A stretch of 64,000 bases of DNA from Deferribacterales bacterium (GTDB taxonomy: Bacteria; Chrysiogenota; Deferribacteres; Deferribacterales; Geovibrionaceae). Made by a program: the position numbers and the translations under genes. Shown one piece after another: positions 48,829 through 59,280 of the stretch (position 1 is the first letter of the stretch; every line of letters starts with the position of its first letter). The DNA is taken from assembly GCA_050251875.1 (NCBI GenBank), contig JBFWMA010000002.1:406606-470605 (forward strand), given 5' to 3'. Below the pieces are notes generated by a model, which saw only the letters and a program-made list of their open reading frames with translations, made no database searches and had not been told where the DNA came from.

Positions 48829-50144
48829 ACATGGATATTCTTCCATTTACCGCTTCTGAAGCGTACCAGAAGCACCATCGCCCTGCCCACTGATTCCAGC
48901 ATCGCCACCAGATACAGCCATACAGAGTTAGTCACATAAAAAGTCAGAAGCCATGCCGGAAGTATCCGCACGCCCCAGAGAGATATACTGTTGATGATAA
49001 ACGTTGTCCCTGTGTCTCCGGCGCCCCTCAGACATCCGGAAAGCACAAAACACATAGCCAGAGGCACCTGAGATATGCCCATGATGCGCAGATACCATGC
49101 GGCGTTTTCGATAGTCGCCTCGTTATGGGTGAAGACCGAAGCCAGAGAGACCGGGAAAAGAGCCATCAGAAGCCCTATAACGCCCATTATCACAGATGCC
49201 GACACTACTGTCGCCTTTGCGTCTTTCTCCGCCTCGTCAGGGTTTCCGGCGCCTATCCCCTGCCCCACCAGAGCCATCCCAGCCAGTGTGAAACCCACTC
49301 CGGGCATAAAAGCCAGTCCCTCTATGCGCAGACCTATCTGGTATCCGGCGAGCGAATCTACGCCGTATTTTGCTATCAGAGCGGACAGGACAAGATATGA
49401 CGGATGCACGGAGAGACGCTCTATCCATGCGGGAACCGCCACCCTGATCCCCCTTTTCAGCAGAGAAAAGTCAGGCTTAAACACTATCCGGATGCGTTTC
49501 TGAGCCAGATAGACGTAAAGATATATGAGTATCTGAAAATAATAGACTATAACAGTGGCGAGCGCCGCTCCCTTAACCCCCAGAGCCGGAAAACCCAGAT
49601 GACCGAATATCATAACCCAATCGAGAAAAATATTCAGCGCATTTCCGGAAAGACTGATGAAGAGCGGTACCTTTGTCTGACCGATGGCGTTCATCCCGCT
49701 GAAAAGCACACCCATCATAAACATCACAGGGATGCAGTAGGCGAATGTAGTGAGATAAACGTCACCTATATCGGCGACCTCCTGCCCCGTGTTGAGCAGA
49801 TGAAACAGAAGAGGCGCCTTGTAAAATATGAAAAACATAAGAGGAACAGACAGCACGAAGGAGAACATCAGCATCATAAAAATAGTCTGTCCGGCGCCCT
49901 TCTCATCCTTAGCGCCGAAAAAACGTGATACGAGAATATTCGTACCCACATACAGCACGGACATCAGAGCGTAAAAAAGCCCGATGTACTGCATGCTGAC
50001 ACCGACAGAAGCCACACTGGCGGCGGATATCCGCCCCACAAAGAGCATATCCACCATATTCTGAACCATGTTCATCAGGTTATGAAATGCGGCGGGAAGC
50101 GAAATCGAAAGCACTCTGCGGTAGCGTTCGTTGAGGAATGTCAT
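48825..50144 (-). CDS. MATE family efflux transporter
   Basis: ~12 TM segments; D.LFVGR, LGVKGAALAT, LRGAGDT. Confidence 0.92.
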   Translation of the reverse strand: MTFLNERYRRVLSISLPAAFHNLMNMVQNMVDMLFVGRISAASVASVGVSMQYIGLFYALMSVLYVGTNILVSRFFGAKDEKGAGQTIFMMLMFSFVLSVPLMFFIFYKAPLLFHLLNTGQEVADIGDVYLTTFAYCIPVMFMMGVLFSGMNAIGQTKVPLFISLSGNALNIFLDWVMIFGHLGFPALGVKGAALATVIVYYFQILIYLYVYLAQKRIRIVFKPDFSLLKRGIRVAVPAWIERLSVHPSYLVLSALIAKYGVDSLAGYQIGLRIEGLAFMPGVGFTLAGMALVGQGIGAGNPDEAEKDAKATVVSASVIMGVIGLLMALFPVSLASVFTHNEATIENAAWYLRIMGISQVPLAMCFVLSGCLRGAGDTGTTFIINSISLWGVRILPAWLLTFYVTNSVWLYLVAMLESVGRAMVLLVRFRSGKWKNIHV

Positions 50145-50267
50145 ATATTCTCCGTTATAACCATAGGAAATATAATGTAATTCGGCTGAAAGTATATTGC
50201 AATAAATCTGTTTTAGTCATAAAATAAAATAAATAAAATAGTATCTCATAATAACAGGCAAAAGATA

Positions 50268-50951
50268 ATGATAGGGAAGTTATTTAACAAAAAATCACAG
50301 TCAGATAAGAGCTCAGACCCCATTGCTATCTATATTAATAAGCTGTGCGAGAATTTCAGTAAAAATATAACAACGGATGAAAACATATCTGATGCCGTTT
50401 TTTCCGTGGTGGACACCGAGACCACCGGACTGGATATAGAAAACGCTAAAATAATAAACATAGCCGCAGTGAAGGTTCAGAACTATAAAATAATCGATTT
50501 TTATAATTCTTTTATCAACCCTGAAATAACGATCCCGCCGGAATCCATAAAATGGCACAACATCACGGACGAAATGGTTCAGGACAAGCCCACAGCCGGA
50601 GAGGTTCTGCCTGATTTTATCAATTTCGTGGGCAGTTCCGTTATTGTCGGTCACCACATCAATTTCGACATAACTATGATAAACAAAGAGCTGGGAGAAT
50701 GTTTCGGGTGCAGAATGTCTAACCAGAAGCTGGACACCATGCTCATCTATTCCAGAGGAATAGTTAAGAAAAGCGACCACTACAGCCTCGATTATCTGCT
50801 TGATAAATATAAAGTAGTCTGCAACGGCAGACACACCGCCCTGGGTGACGCTCTCGCCACGGCGGAGGTTTTCACCAAGATGATAAGCCTGGCTAAGATG
50901 GATTTCGCCACCGTGAGAGACCTGCTGGACTGCCAGAAAGACTTCTCCTGA
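50268..50951 (+). CDS. DEDDh 3'-5' exonuclease (DnaQ-like)
   Basis: VVDTETTGL, VGH.I.FD, DT, H.ALGDA. Confidence 0.9.
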   Translation: MIGKLFNKKSQSDKSSDPIAIYINKLCENFSKNITTDENISDAVFSVVDTETTGLDIENAKIINIAAVKVQNYKIIDFYNSFINPEITIPPESIKWHNITDEMVQDKPTAGEVLPDFINFVGSSVIVGHHINFDITMINKELGECFGCRMSNQKLDTMLIYSRGIVKKSDHYSLDYLLDKYKVVCNGRHTALGDALATAEVFTKMISLAKMDFATVRDLLDCQKDFS

Positions 50952-51000
50952 CAAAGACTTTTCATTGACTGTAAAACGTTAGTGGGTTAATATTTCCCCC

Positions 51001-51396
51001 ATGAACTCATTTCTACCCAACATACTCAGAGAAATAATTGATAACTATGAAAAGTTTTTCATGCATCTCATGCCGCACCCGGAGCTGATCATCGGTTCCA
51101 GAGGGCTCATCGGTGACGAGACGAAAAACGGTATCGTGCTGGTATTCAGCTCATATTCCTATGACAAACTGAATATCGACAACGAATGCGTTACTGTTAA
51201 CATGAAGTTCTCCGGGAACTGGGAAAGCCTCTATATCCCCATAGAATGCATCAGCGCCATGTTCAACGACCCTGTTAAGCCGGAGTTCATGTTCAGCTTC
51301 AAACCTCAGAACAAAAAGGCGGAAGAGAAAAAAGAAGAAAAAGTGTCCCCCGCATTCACAGGGGACAACGTTATTGAGTTCAAACCCAGAAAGTAA
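51001..51396 (+). CDS. SspB-like ClpXP adaptor
   Basis: IVL.F......L.I......V...FSG....LYIP...I pattern plus flexible tail. Confidence 0.65.
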   Translation: MNSFLPNILREIIDNYEKFFMHLMPHPELIIGSRGLIGDETKNGIVLVFSSYSYDKLNIDNECVTVNMKFSGNWESLYIPIECISAMFNDPVKPEFMFSFKPQNKKAEEKKEEKVSPAFTGDNVIEFKPRK

Positions 51397-51416
51397 CCCT
51401 TAATCACGGACTTTTA

Positions 51417-51701
51417 TCATGACCGTGTTTTTTCGCCAACTTCCTGTTTTATCTCCCCGGCATCTTTCCAGAGAGTATTCATTTCCTTATCTTTTGCGGC
51501 GGTACACTTGTTCATGGTAACCGTGTCGTCCGCTCTGTTCAGGCACTGAACATATTTTTCCAGAATCTTCATCTGTTCCAGCGCCATCACTTTTCTGTAC
51601 TGAATCTGTTTCATCACCTTCGGATCGGTCTTTTTAAAGATGCCGTCCGCCTGCGCGAACGCAGGCAGAAGCATCATGGATATTATCAGAATTCTCAGCA
51701 T
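51417..51701 (-). CDS. Small secreted helical protein
   Basis: Signal peptide ending AQA; one Cys pair. Confidence 0.65.
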   Translation of the reverse strand: MLRILIISMMLLPAFAQADGIFKKTDPKVMKQIQYRKVMALEQMKILEKYVQCLNRADDTVTMNKCTAAKDKEMNTLWKDAGEIKQEVGEKTRS

Positions 51702-51703
51702 GA

Positions 51704-53434
51704 TTATATTCCGGTCTCCTCTATCTCAGGGCTCACGCCTTTGAACTGAGGCATAACCATTCCGACTGTGGCATTGATATATGTCGGGTCGGCGATGGTA
51801 TACTTTTTGCCTTTGTATGAAAGATAGGCGCCCTGAGTCTTATCCCCCAGATCAACCGCTGTGGCAACGTGGTTGGGAAAATTAAGCATAACCACATCCA
51901 CGTTCAGCAGATTTTTCACCAGATAGGCGAAGAAGATGCTTCTGTCCTCGCAGTCGCTGTAGGGATAGTATATGGTCTCTTCGGCGAAAAGAAACTTTTC
52001 TTTGCCGAACTGGTTGTCATCGGTCTTATACTCGAATGCGGTCTGTACAAATCTCAGAAGCAGGTTAACGCTTTCATCCAGCGTCTTGCCCTTCACAGCC
52101 TCTTTAAGAGTGGGCAGAACTGTCTGCTCAACCCATTCCGGTTTTGCGGCTGATGTGTATACGGAAAGCTCTGACTGGGGAAAACTGTTAAAGTATGCCA
52201 CATCATATTTATTGATGATGGATTTCACTGTGTATTTCTGTTTTTTGTACTCAAAGCTGAGATCTCTGGCATATCCGGAGAAAGTCAGCTTTGGCGCGGA
52301 CATCTTTTTCAGAGTTATTTTTTTATTGGAATCAGGATATGAGCCGCTGTATGTGTACAGGCTGGATGATGTCGATTTCTTCTCGAATGTATCTATGACA
52401 TAATATTTCACGCCGTTGAACTTATAGAAAGAAACGCCGTACATCGAGCTGTCAGAGGGAACCATGACCTTAGCCTGTCCGTCTTTGGTATATCCGAGTT
52501 TGGCGTCATATCCGCTTTTTATCAGGAAGAACCACACAAGCATCTTCTGCTCCGGATTGTCTCCTTTCAGCTTGGCTGTGAATCTCTCCAGCAGGAGGAC
52601 ATAGCCCCAGTCTCCCAGACCGTTTTTGCTGACGGCGGATTCCATATATTTTACTGTTTTTTTATAGTCTGACCCTGCCACTGTTTCCCACCATTTGGCT
52701 ATGGCGGCGGAAGACAGAGGTTTCTGAGCATCGGAAGTGATTCTCTGGTCATAGGGAATGTTAAGAGACACGCCATAGAACGACAGAGCGGCGTAATCTT
52801 TTCCGGAGGGTTCCGGAGCGACATAAGGAGCAGGCTCAGGTGCTTTGGGCGCTGTCTGCTGGGGAGCGGCTTTGGGAGCCTCAGGAATCTTCACCACGGG
52901 AGCTGGAACCACGGGAACGACAGGTACAACAGGCGCCGCCGGAACAACAGGTTTCACCGGTTCGGCTATTTTCACCGGTTCTTTGACCGGTTCCGTCTTT
53001 TTCTCGGGCTCAGGTTTTTTCTCCGGCTCTTTTGCCACCGGTTCCGGTTTCGCAGGCACAGGTTTCACGGGTTCTTTAACCACGGGTTCCGGTTTTACCG
53101 GAGCGGGTTTCGGCTCGGCTTTTCCTGTGGGGGTGGAATCGGGTTCCGGCTTGGGCTCGGGTTTAGGTATTATCTTTACAGGTTCCAGAACCTTAACAGG
53201 TTCGGCAACGGGAATTTTCACAGGCTTAGGTTTCTCAAACAGCTCATCGGGTTTTTCCCCGTTGAATTCCTTCCACTGCTGTTTCAGAAATGATGAAAAC
53301 TCTTTGTCTATCTCATCCAGATATGTCTGGTATTCAGACATCTGAGCCTTCAGATATTCTTCATAAGTCTCGGCATAAGCGTTAGCGCCGAAAATAACCG
53401 CTGTTAAGCAGATAAATAATTTAAGTCTGTTCAT
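51704..53434 (-). CDS. Secreted protein with long Pro-rich linker and transglutaminase-like C-terminal domain
   Basis: Signal peptide; PEPK/PVK repeats; SDCEDRS...NHVA...ADPT putative Cys-His-Asp triad. Confidence 0.75.
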   Translation of the reverse strand: MNRLKLFICLTAVIFGANAYAETYEEYLKAQMSEYQTYLDEIDKEFSSFLKQQWKEFNGEKPDELFEKPKPVKIPVAEPVKVLEPVKIIPKPEPKPEPDSTPTGKAEPKPAPVKPEPVVKEPVKPVPAKPEPVAKEPEKKPEPEKKTEPVKEPVKIAEPVKPVVPAAPVVPVVPVVPAPVVKIPEAPKAAPQQTAPKAPEPAPYVAPEPSGKDYAALSFYGVSLNIPYDQRITSDAQKPLSSAAIAKWWETVAGSDYKKTVKYMESAVSKNGLGDWGYVLLLERFTAKLKGDNPEQKMLVWFFLIKSGYDAKLGYTKDGQAKVMVPSDSSMYGVSFYKFNGVKYYVIDTFEKKSTSSSLYTYSGSYPDSNKKITLKKMSAPKLTFSGYARDLSFEYKKQKYTVKSIINKYDVAYFNSFPQSELSVYTSAAKPEWVEQTVLPTLKEAVKGKTLDESVNLLLRFVQTAFEYKTDDNQFGKEKFLFAEETIYYPYSDCEDRSIFFAYLVKNLLNVDVVMLNFPNHVATAVDLGDKTQGAYLSYKGKKYTIADPTYINATVGMVMPQFKGVSPEIEETGI

Positions 53435-53503
53435 AGCCCTCTCCTATTTATGCTTATATATTATACCAGCACTCATGGATAAACGAGGGAAAATTACCTA
53501 TGA

Positions 53504-53977
53504 TCAGTTAAATACCACATCGATTATTTCGTATTCAATATCTCCGCCGGGCGCCTGAACTATCACTTCATCGCCTTTCTTCTTGTTAACCAGAGCTCTG
53601 GCGAGGGGCGACATGATGGAGACAGTGCCTTTGGATATATTAGCTTCATCGGGACCGACAATTTTATATTTTTTCTGTTCGGAAGTGTCGACATTCTCTA
53701 TCAGAACAGTAGCGCCGAAAACGATCTTGTCCCCGGACAGAACGGATGTGTCGATGACCTGGAATCTGCCCATTTTGCCTTCCAGCTCGGCGATTCTGGC
53801 TTCGATCATACCCTGACGCTCTTTGGCGGCGTCATACTCAGCGTTTTCAGAAAGGTCTCCGTGGCTTCTCGCTTCTTCAATGGCGAGCACCACTTCTTTT
53901 CTATCTACTGTTTTGAGCTTCTCCAGCTCTTTTTTTATTGTTGCGTATCCATCCGTAGTAATCGGAATCCTATCCAT
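53504..53977 (-). CDS. greA: Transcription elongation factor GreA
   Basis: AR.HGDLSENAEY..AK, FGATV, SPLARAL. Confidence 0.96.
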   Translation of the reverse strand: MDRIPITTDGYATIKKELEKLKTVDRKEVVLAIEEARSHGDLSENAEYDAAKERQGMIEARIAELEGKMGRFQVIDTSVLSGDKIVFGATVLIENVDTSEQKKYKIVGPDEANISKGTVSIMSPLARALVNKKKGDEVIVQAPGGDIEYEIIDVVFN

Positions 53978-55454
53978 CCTTATCCTCCGAAACTTTCCTG
54001 CCGGTAACGAAGCTACTAATATACCCGTCCTTGAGTCTGATATCAAGTTCATCTTGCAGGCTGACGTCAAAAACACTCTTAACCGTTCTTTTTCCCGCTG
54101 TTACTCTGGCATATCCTTTGGACAGCAGGTTGTCGGGGTTAAGTGTTTCCAGTTTAACCATTAAATGATCCAGCTTCGATCTGTTCTCCGCTGTTTTTCT
54201 GCTTAATATCAGTAGGAGCTTATCAGTCTGCTTTTCGGCAGAATTCTTATATTTTTCCAGTTTCATGACGGGGGAGAGCAGAGACATTCTGCCAGCGATC
54301 CTGTCAGTGCGCTGTGAGAGCGCCGACAGCTTCTTCACCATGATCTCACGAAACAATGAAATACTGTTTTCCAGTCTCCGCCTGTCTCTGTCCACGGCGG
54401 TTCTGGGAGACAATGTTTGTAGTATACCACCGAGATCTGATAAATGTGACCTTTTTTGCTGTATTTTATGTTTAACGGCGGAAAAACATGATTTCTCATA
54501 CATTATAACACTCTGTCTGTCCCTCTGTATCCTGTTCACGGGGGAATAAGACACCACGGACGACTGAAGCATATCGAGCCTCTGCATATTCTGAAAAAGC
54601 CTGTTCAGCACCAGCTCGCTCATCCTTTTATGATGGCTGTCCAAGTTTTTATGAGCCTCGGCGTATCCGGCGCTGAGAAGATTAGCCGCCGCTGTGGGGG
54701 TTGCCACACGCACATCCGCCACAAAATCGCATATCGAAAAATCCCTCTCGTGACCGATAGCGCTCACGGTGGGCACATCACATCCTTTCAGCGCTCTGGC
54801 GACAGGCTCTTCGTTAAAAACAGCCAGATCCTCCAGAGAACCTCCGCCCCTCATCAGAACGAGAGCGTCATATCTGGCGGTCATTTTTCCCGCCTCATTC
54901 AGAGCCTTCACTATGGGCGCCACGGCGTCTTTTCCCTGTACGGGTACAGACCACACGTCCACGCTGAAAACTCCGCCCAGAGACCGCATAGTAACCAGAA
55001 AGTCCTTAATGGCTGCTCCGGTGGCGGATGTAACCACTGCCACACGTTTCGGCAGATAGGGCACCTTCTTCTTGGTCTCTTCGCTGAAGAGCCCTTCGGA
55101 TTCCAGCTTCTGCTTAACCTCTTCAAACAGCTTCCAGAAGAGACCTACAGAATCATAGTCCAGCTTCTTCACCAGAAGCTGATAATTGCCCCCCGCCTCA
55201 TAAACGGTGAGTTCGCCCACCGCTTCCACACTGTCGCCGTTTTTCGGGTTATACCCACGGTTGGACATGGCGGCGCCTTTGAACATAACGCACTTGATCT
55301 GGGATTTCTCATCCTTCAGCACAAAGTAAAGGTGTCCGGCGGGAGAAGCGGAAAAGCTGGAGATTTCGCCCTTAACGGCGATATTATCGTTAAAAGTATT
55401 TTCCAATAGCTGTTTTACGGCTTTGGTCAGCTCGGTTACGCTGTATTTGTTCAT
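53970..55454 (-). CDS. xseA: Exodeoxyribonuclease VII large subunit
   Basis: GHLYF.LKD, RGGGSLEDL..FN.E, SAIGHE.D, ATPTAAA. Confidence 0.95.
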   Translation of the reverse strand: MNKYSVTELTKAVKQLLENTFNDNIAVKGEISSFSASPAGHLYFVLKDEKSQIKCVMFKGAAMSNRGYNPKNGDSVEAVGELTVYEAGGNYQLLVKKLDYDSVGLFWKLFEEVKQKLESEGLFSEETKKKVPYLPKRVAVVTSATGAAIKDFLVTMRSLGGVFSVDVWSVPVQGKDAVAPIVKALNEAGKMTARYDALVLMRGGGSLEDLAVFNEEPVARALKGCDVPTVSAIGHERDFSICDFVADVRVATPTAAANLLSAGYAEAHKNLDSHHKRMSELVLNRLFQNMQRLDMLQSSVVSYSPVNRIQRDRQSVIMYEKSCFSAVKHKIQQKRSHLSDLGGILQTLSPRTAVDRDRRRLENSISLFREIMVKKLSALSQRTDRIAGRMSLLSPVMKLEKYKNSAEKQTDKLLLILSRKTAENRSKLDHLMVKLETLNPDNLLSKGYARVTAGKRTVKSVFDVSLQDELDIRLKDGYISSFVTGRKVSEDKDG

Positions 55455-55456
55455 GA

Positions 55457-55759
55457 TTATTTATCTGTTTTCTGATCTTTGGCGGCGGGTTTTTTCTTTT
55501 CTATAATGTACAGATCTTCATCCGACTTTTTCATGTTCAGTTCTTGTTTGATAAGCATTTCGAGGTATTCTCTGTCTTTGCGCACAAGCTCAAGCTCACG
55601 GTTGAGCTCCTCAACCTTTCTATCTATCTGCGCTATCTTTTCCTCATATCCGGACTTGATCTTCGCCAGCTCCTGATACTTCAATATGCCGTTATGCCCG
55701 AATATCAGAAAGCCTATAAGTATGAATATGATGATAATAAAAGTTATATTCAGTTTCAT
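55457..55759 (-). CDS. Septum formation initiator (FtsB/DivIC family)
   Basis: TM, FG..G, coiled coil, E.L....L.M....E. Confidence 0.8.
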   Translation of the reverse strand: MKLNITFIIIIFILIGFLIFGHNGILKYQELAKIKSGYEEKIAQIDRKVEELNRELELVRKDREYLEMLIKQELNMKKSDEDLYIIEKKKPAAKDQKTDK

Positions 55760-55767
55760 AAGAGCCT

Positions 55768-56337
55768 TTAAGGTTTTTTCTTATTGTAGAGTATACCACA
55801 GGTATCCGCTTTTCCCGCTTTTTCTTCGAGAATTTTTCTGGCTTTTTCGAAAAATCCCAGAACAAAGTCAAACTGATAATCCTGAAAAGTCCATTCCATA
55901 GGGATATAAGCGCCCTTCCTTCTAAAAAGCTGAAGATCGCCGTATATGTTGTCACGGATATAAATTCTGTGGGTAAAATTTTTCGTGCTGGCGGCCACCA
56001 CTTTTTCCATGGCGATGTAGCCGGGGTCGATATTGATAACACGCTTGCCGTCTTCAGACAGGGTATCTTCCAGATTGACCGCCTGAATCTTGTAATCGGG
56101 CAGATTGTCCGGGTGTTCCACCACGTCATAAAGGGCAAAATACTTCGCCAGATGTTCGCCCATCTCGGGTTCATAATAGCTGGTGTGCGAAAAATCGAAC
56201 TCAGCGGACTTCAGAATAGGCTCGCCGAAAATAGGCACAGCTATAGCATCCGGGTCTTTTACTTTATCTCTGTTATAGAGAATAGCGTTAAAGTATATGA
56301 CCTTTCCAGTCTGTCTGAATCCGCCGCCTGTAACCAT
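55768..56337 (-). CDS. DUF4416-like protein
   Basis: T.YY..EMG, R..NIDPGY, ASTKN..HRIY. Confidence 0.8.
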   Translation of the reverse strand: MVTGGGFRQTGKVIYFNAILYNRDKVKDPDAIAVPIFGEPILKSAEFDFSHTSYYEPEMGEHLAKYFALYDVVEHPDNLPDYKIQAVNLEDTLSEDGKRVINIDPGYIAMEKVVAASTKNFTHRIYIRDNIYGDLQLFRRKGAYIPMEWTFQDYQFDFVLGFFEKARKILEEKAGKADTCGILYNKKKP

Positions 56338-56561
56338 CAGCCCATTTCGAGTTCGAGGATTTCCTCAGAAGGTTCGATTGTTGAGATCGCGTGTTTGTAG
56401 ATCATCTTCTGTGATTCGTCTTTCATGATGATGACAAAGTTGTCGAATCCCTTGATAACTCCCTCAATTTTAACGCCGTTTACAAGGTAGACAGTCATCG
56501 GAATACGTTTTTTTCTCAGGTGATTGAGAAATACATCTTGAATATTGATTTTCTTGCTCAT
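56337..56561 (-). CDS. hfq: RNA chaperone Hfq
   Basis: QD.FLN.LR, YLVNGVK, FDNF, YKHAISTI. Confidence 0.96.
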   Translation of the reverse strand: MSKKINIQDVFLNHLRKKRIPMTVYLVNGVKIEGVIKGFDNFVIIMKDESQKMIYKHAISTIEPSEEILELEMG

Positions 56562-56641
56562 GAAGAGCCCCCTAAAAAACAAAAAAATAATTAAAAATTT
56601 AATCCAGTTATTGAGTAGTTTAAATAAAATTTATCATTAGT

Positions 56642-57547
56642 TCAAGTGAAAATAAATTCTTCAGTACTTTTCACATCATTTTTGTCCGATAAATCGATAT
56701 ATCGAACACCTTCCATATGCCTGAACCATGTCAGCTGGCGCTTGGCAAAATTTCTGGTGGCGGTCTGGATGCGCTCACATACCGAAACAGGATCGGTTCC
56801 GGTGCGCAGACACTCCGCTATCTCTCTGTATCCTATAGCCTTAAAAGAATCCAGATCAGGAGAATATCCTCTGTCCAGCAGTCCTTTGACCTCGTCCGCC
56901 CAGCCCTGCTTATACATAGCCAGAACCCTTCTGTTGATTCTGTCATATATCTTCTGTCTGTCATCTGTGAGGATGGCGATGTTATATTCATATTTCGGGT
57001 TTCTGTGATATTTCTTCTGAGCCTCACGCACGTTCATCTTCAGCTGGGCGTTGATCTCCAGCCCCCGGATTATCCGTGTGGGGTCGGTGGGTTTCACATT
57101 GGCGGCGAATTCCGGATCGACAGCCGTCAGCTCGCCGTGGAGAGTCTCTATGCCGTCTCTCTTAATACGTTCCTCTATCTGCGCTCTGATGGACGGGTCA
57201 CGGTCAGGAGCGTCAAATATGCCTTTCTGGAGCGTCTGAACGTACATCCCCGTCCCGCCCGCTATCAGTGGAATCTTTCCACGGCTCAGGATATCGGCGA
57301 TCACCGCTTCCGCCTGTTCGAAGAAGATTCCGGCGGAATAGGTCTCGTCAGGATTCATTATGTCGATGAGATGATGCGGAACGCTCTTCAGCTCCTCCTC
57401 AGAGGGCTTCGCTGTGCCTATGTTCATATGTCTGTAAACCTGATAGGCATCGGCGCTCACTATCTCTATGTCGTGTTTCTCTGCCATGGACAGCACCAGA
57501 GCGGTTTTGCCGGACGCTGTGGGACCTGTTATCAGCGGTATTCTCAT
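56642..57547 (-). CDS. miaA: tRNA dimethylallyltransferase
   Basis: GPTASGKT, SAD..QVY, IGTAKP, AKRQLTWF. Confidence 0.96.
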   Translation of the reverse strand: MRIPLITGPTASGKTALVLSMAEKHDIEIVSADAYQVYRHMNIGTAKPSEEELKSVPHHLIDIMNPDETYSAGIFFEQAEAVIADILSRGKIPLIAGGTGMYVQTLQKGIFDAPDRDPSIRAQIEERIKRDGIETLHGELTAVDPEFAANVKPTDPTRIIRGLEINAQLKMNVREAQKKYHRNPKYEYNIAILTDDRQKIYDRINRRVLAMYKQGWADEVKGLLDRGYSPDLDSFKAIGYREIAECLRTGTDPVSVCERIQTATRNFAKRQLTWFRHMEGVRYIDLSDKNDVKSTEEFIFT

Positions 57548-59280
57548 CTGTCGAACTTCCTCAAAAGCCAGCCCTCGTCCATCCGGAAAACAATCGGTCT
57601 GCCGTGGGGACATGTATAAGGATTGGATGTGCGGAAGAGATCATCCACTATCTTGCGCATCTCGTGCATTTCGAGCCTCTGCCCCGCCTTCACGGCGTTT
57701 TTACAGCTCATCACCAGCACCTTGTAATCCACGCTGCTGTCTTTTCTGTGTTCCAGCATGTCGGCGAGTATCTCTCTCACCTCCAGCTCTATGTCACGTT
57801 TCAGAACGTCTGACGGAACACGGCTGATCTTCAGGCTGTTTCCGCCGAATGACTCTATGTCGTATCCGAAACTCTCCAGAACCTCGGAACTCTCGGCGAT
57901 GATATCCGCCTCGTCCTCGGTAACGTTTATCAGAATAGGCTCGTAAAGCATGATGGAAGGCACTGTGACGGTCTTTTCCGCCAGATATTTTTCATAGAGC
58001 ACTCGCTCGTGAGCCACATGCTGATCTATGAAAAAAGCCTCGCTGCCCTTCTCGCACACTATAACTGTGTTGAAAAGCTGTCCCGCTACTCTGATCTGTG
58101 ACTCATCCGGCATTTCAGGCATTCTTACAGCGCTCTGGCTTTCTGACGCCGTGTCATATTCCGCCGTCTCCATCTCTTTTGCCAGATCATATGAAACGGT
58201 ATTGCTCCGGCTGTAGGCGGCTTCGTTATATTTTGATTCGTATGTCTTGGTTACGGGCTCATACTTAGGCATGGCACTTCTGATCTCTTCGCCCGCCTCT
58301 CTGCCCTGTTCTTCCAGCCTCTGCTTGACGCTGTTGTGGACAAAGCTGAAAATCTCTCTGGATTCCAGCAGTTTTACTATGGTTTTCGCCGGATGGACGT
58401 TCACGTCCACCTTCTCCGGGTCTATCCGCAGAGAGATGGCGGCGGCGGGATATTTGCCGTCCGGAATCAGCCTGTGATAGGCGGTGATGACTGCCTGAAC
58501 CAGCGACAGGTCTTTAACCACTCTGCCGTTGATGCCGATGAAAATCATATCCTTGCGGAATTTATGAACGTCCGGAAGAGTCACGGCGAACCGCACGGAC
58601 ATCTCTCCGAACTCGTTCCCGCCATAGATCACATCCTGCTCCTGAAACACGGTTTTTGCCCGTTTCAGCATATCCGCAGATTTGTCGGCGTCTATGACTT
58701 TCTTTCCGTTTATCTCTAATGTTACTGATATTTCAGGATTTATGACAGAAAACTGTCTGACGAATTTAGAAATCTCTTTCTCTTCTGCTGTGTGGCTTTT
58801 GAAAAATTTCAGACGTGCCGGAACGTTGGAAAAGAGCGATCTGACAGTGACGGACGTTCCCTTCACGAACGGAGCGGGAAGCGTCTCCGGCTTAGCGCCG
58901 TGTCTGACTCTGAGCTCTGCGCCGTCATACCCGTCCCTGCCTGTGCGCACGGAAAAATCGGATACAGACGATATCGCAGCCAGAGCCTCGCCTCTGAACC
59001 CGAAAGTCTTTACGTTGTATACGTCCTCAGCCGTGGAAATCTTGCTGGTGGCGAATCTTTCCACTGTGAGAGGCAGATCGTCCGGCAGAATCCCTCTGCC
59101 GTTGTCGGTGACGGTTATCATGCCTATACCGCCGTTCTCCACCGTAACGGTGATTTTGTCGGCTCCGGCATCGGCTGAGTTTTCCATCAGCTCCTTAATA
59201 ACGTTAAAAGGCCGCTCGACAACTTCGCCGGCGGCCACTTTATTCGCAACATCTTCTGTGAGTCTTTTAATCTCGTTCAT
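57544..59280 (-). CDS. mutL: DNA mismatch repair protein MutL
   Basis: AAGEVVERP, GFRGEAL, endonuclease motif DQHVAHER, CPHGRP. Confidence 0.97.
   Translation of the reverse strand: MNEIKRLTEDVANKVAAGEVVERPFNVIKELMENSADAGADKITVTVENGGIGMITVTDNGRGILPDDLPLTVERFATSKISTAEDVYNVKTFGFRGEALAAISSVSDFSVRTGRDGYDGAELRVRHGAKPETLPAPFVKGTSVTVRSLFSNVPARLKFFKSHTAEEKEISKFVRQFSVINPEISVTLEINGKKVIDADKSADMLKRAKTVFQEQDVIYGGNEFGEMSVRFAVTLPDVHKFRKDMIFIGINGRVVKDLSLVQAVITAYHRLIPDGKYPAAAISLRIDPEKVDVNVHPAKTIVKLLESREIFSFVHNSVKQRLEEQGREAGEEIRSAMPKYEPVTKTYESKYNEAAYSRSNTVSYDLAKEMETAEYDTASESQSAVRMPEMPDESQIRVAGQLFNTVIVCEKGSEAFFIDQHVAHERVLYEKYLAEKTVTVPSIMLYEPILINVTEDEADIIAESSEVLESFGYDIESFGGNSLKISRVPSDVLKRDIELEVREILADMLEHRKDSSVDYKVLVMSCKNAVKAGQRLEMHEMRKIVDDLFRTSNPYTCPHGRPIVFRMDEGWLLRKFDR

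Noticed and set aside
52800..53230. Repetitive DNA as a CRISPR or tandem array
   Set aside because: Explained by a Pro-rich coding linker; no constant repeat-spacer period. No CRISPR array seen in the window
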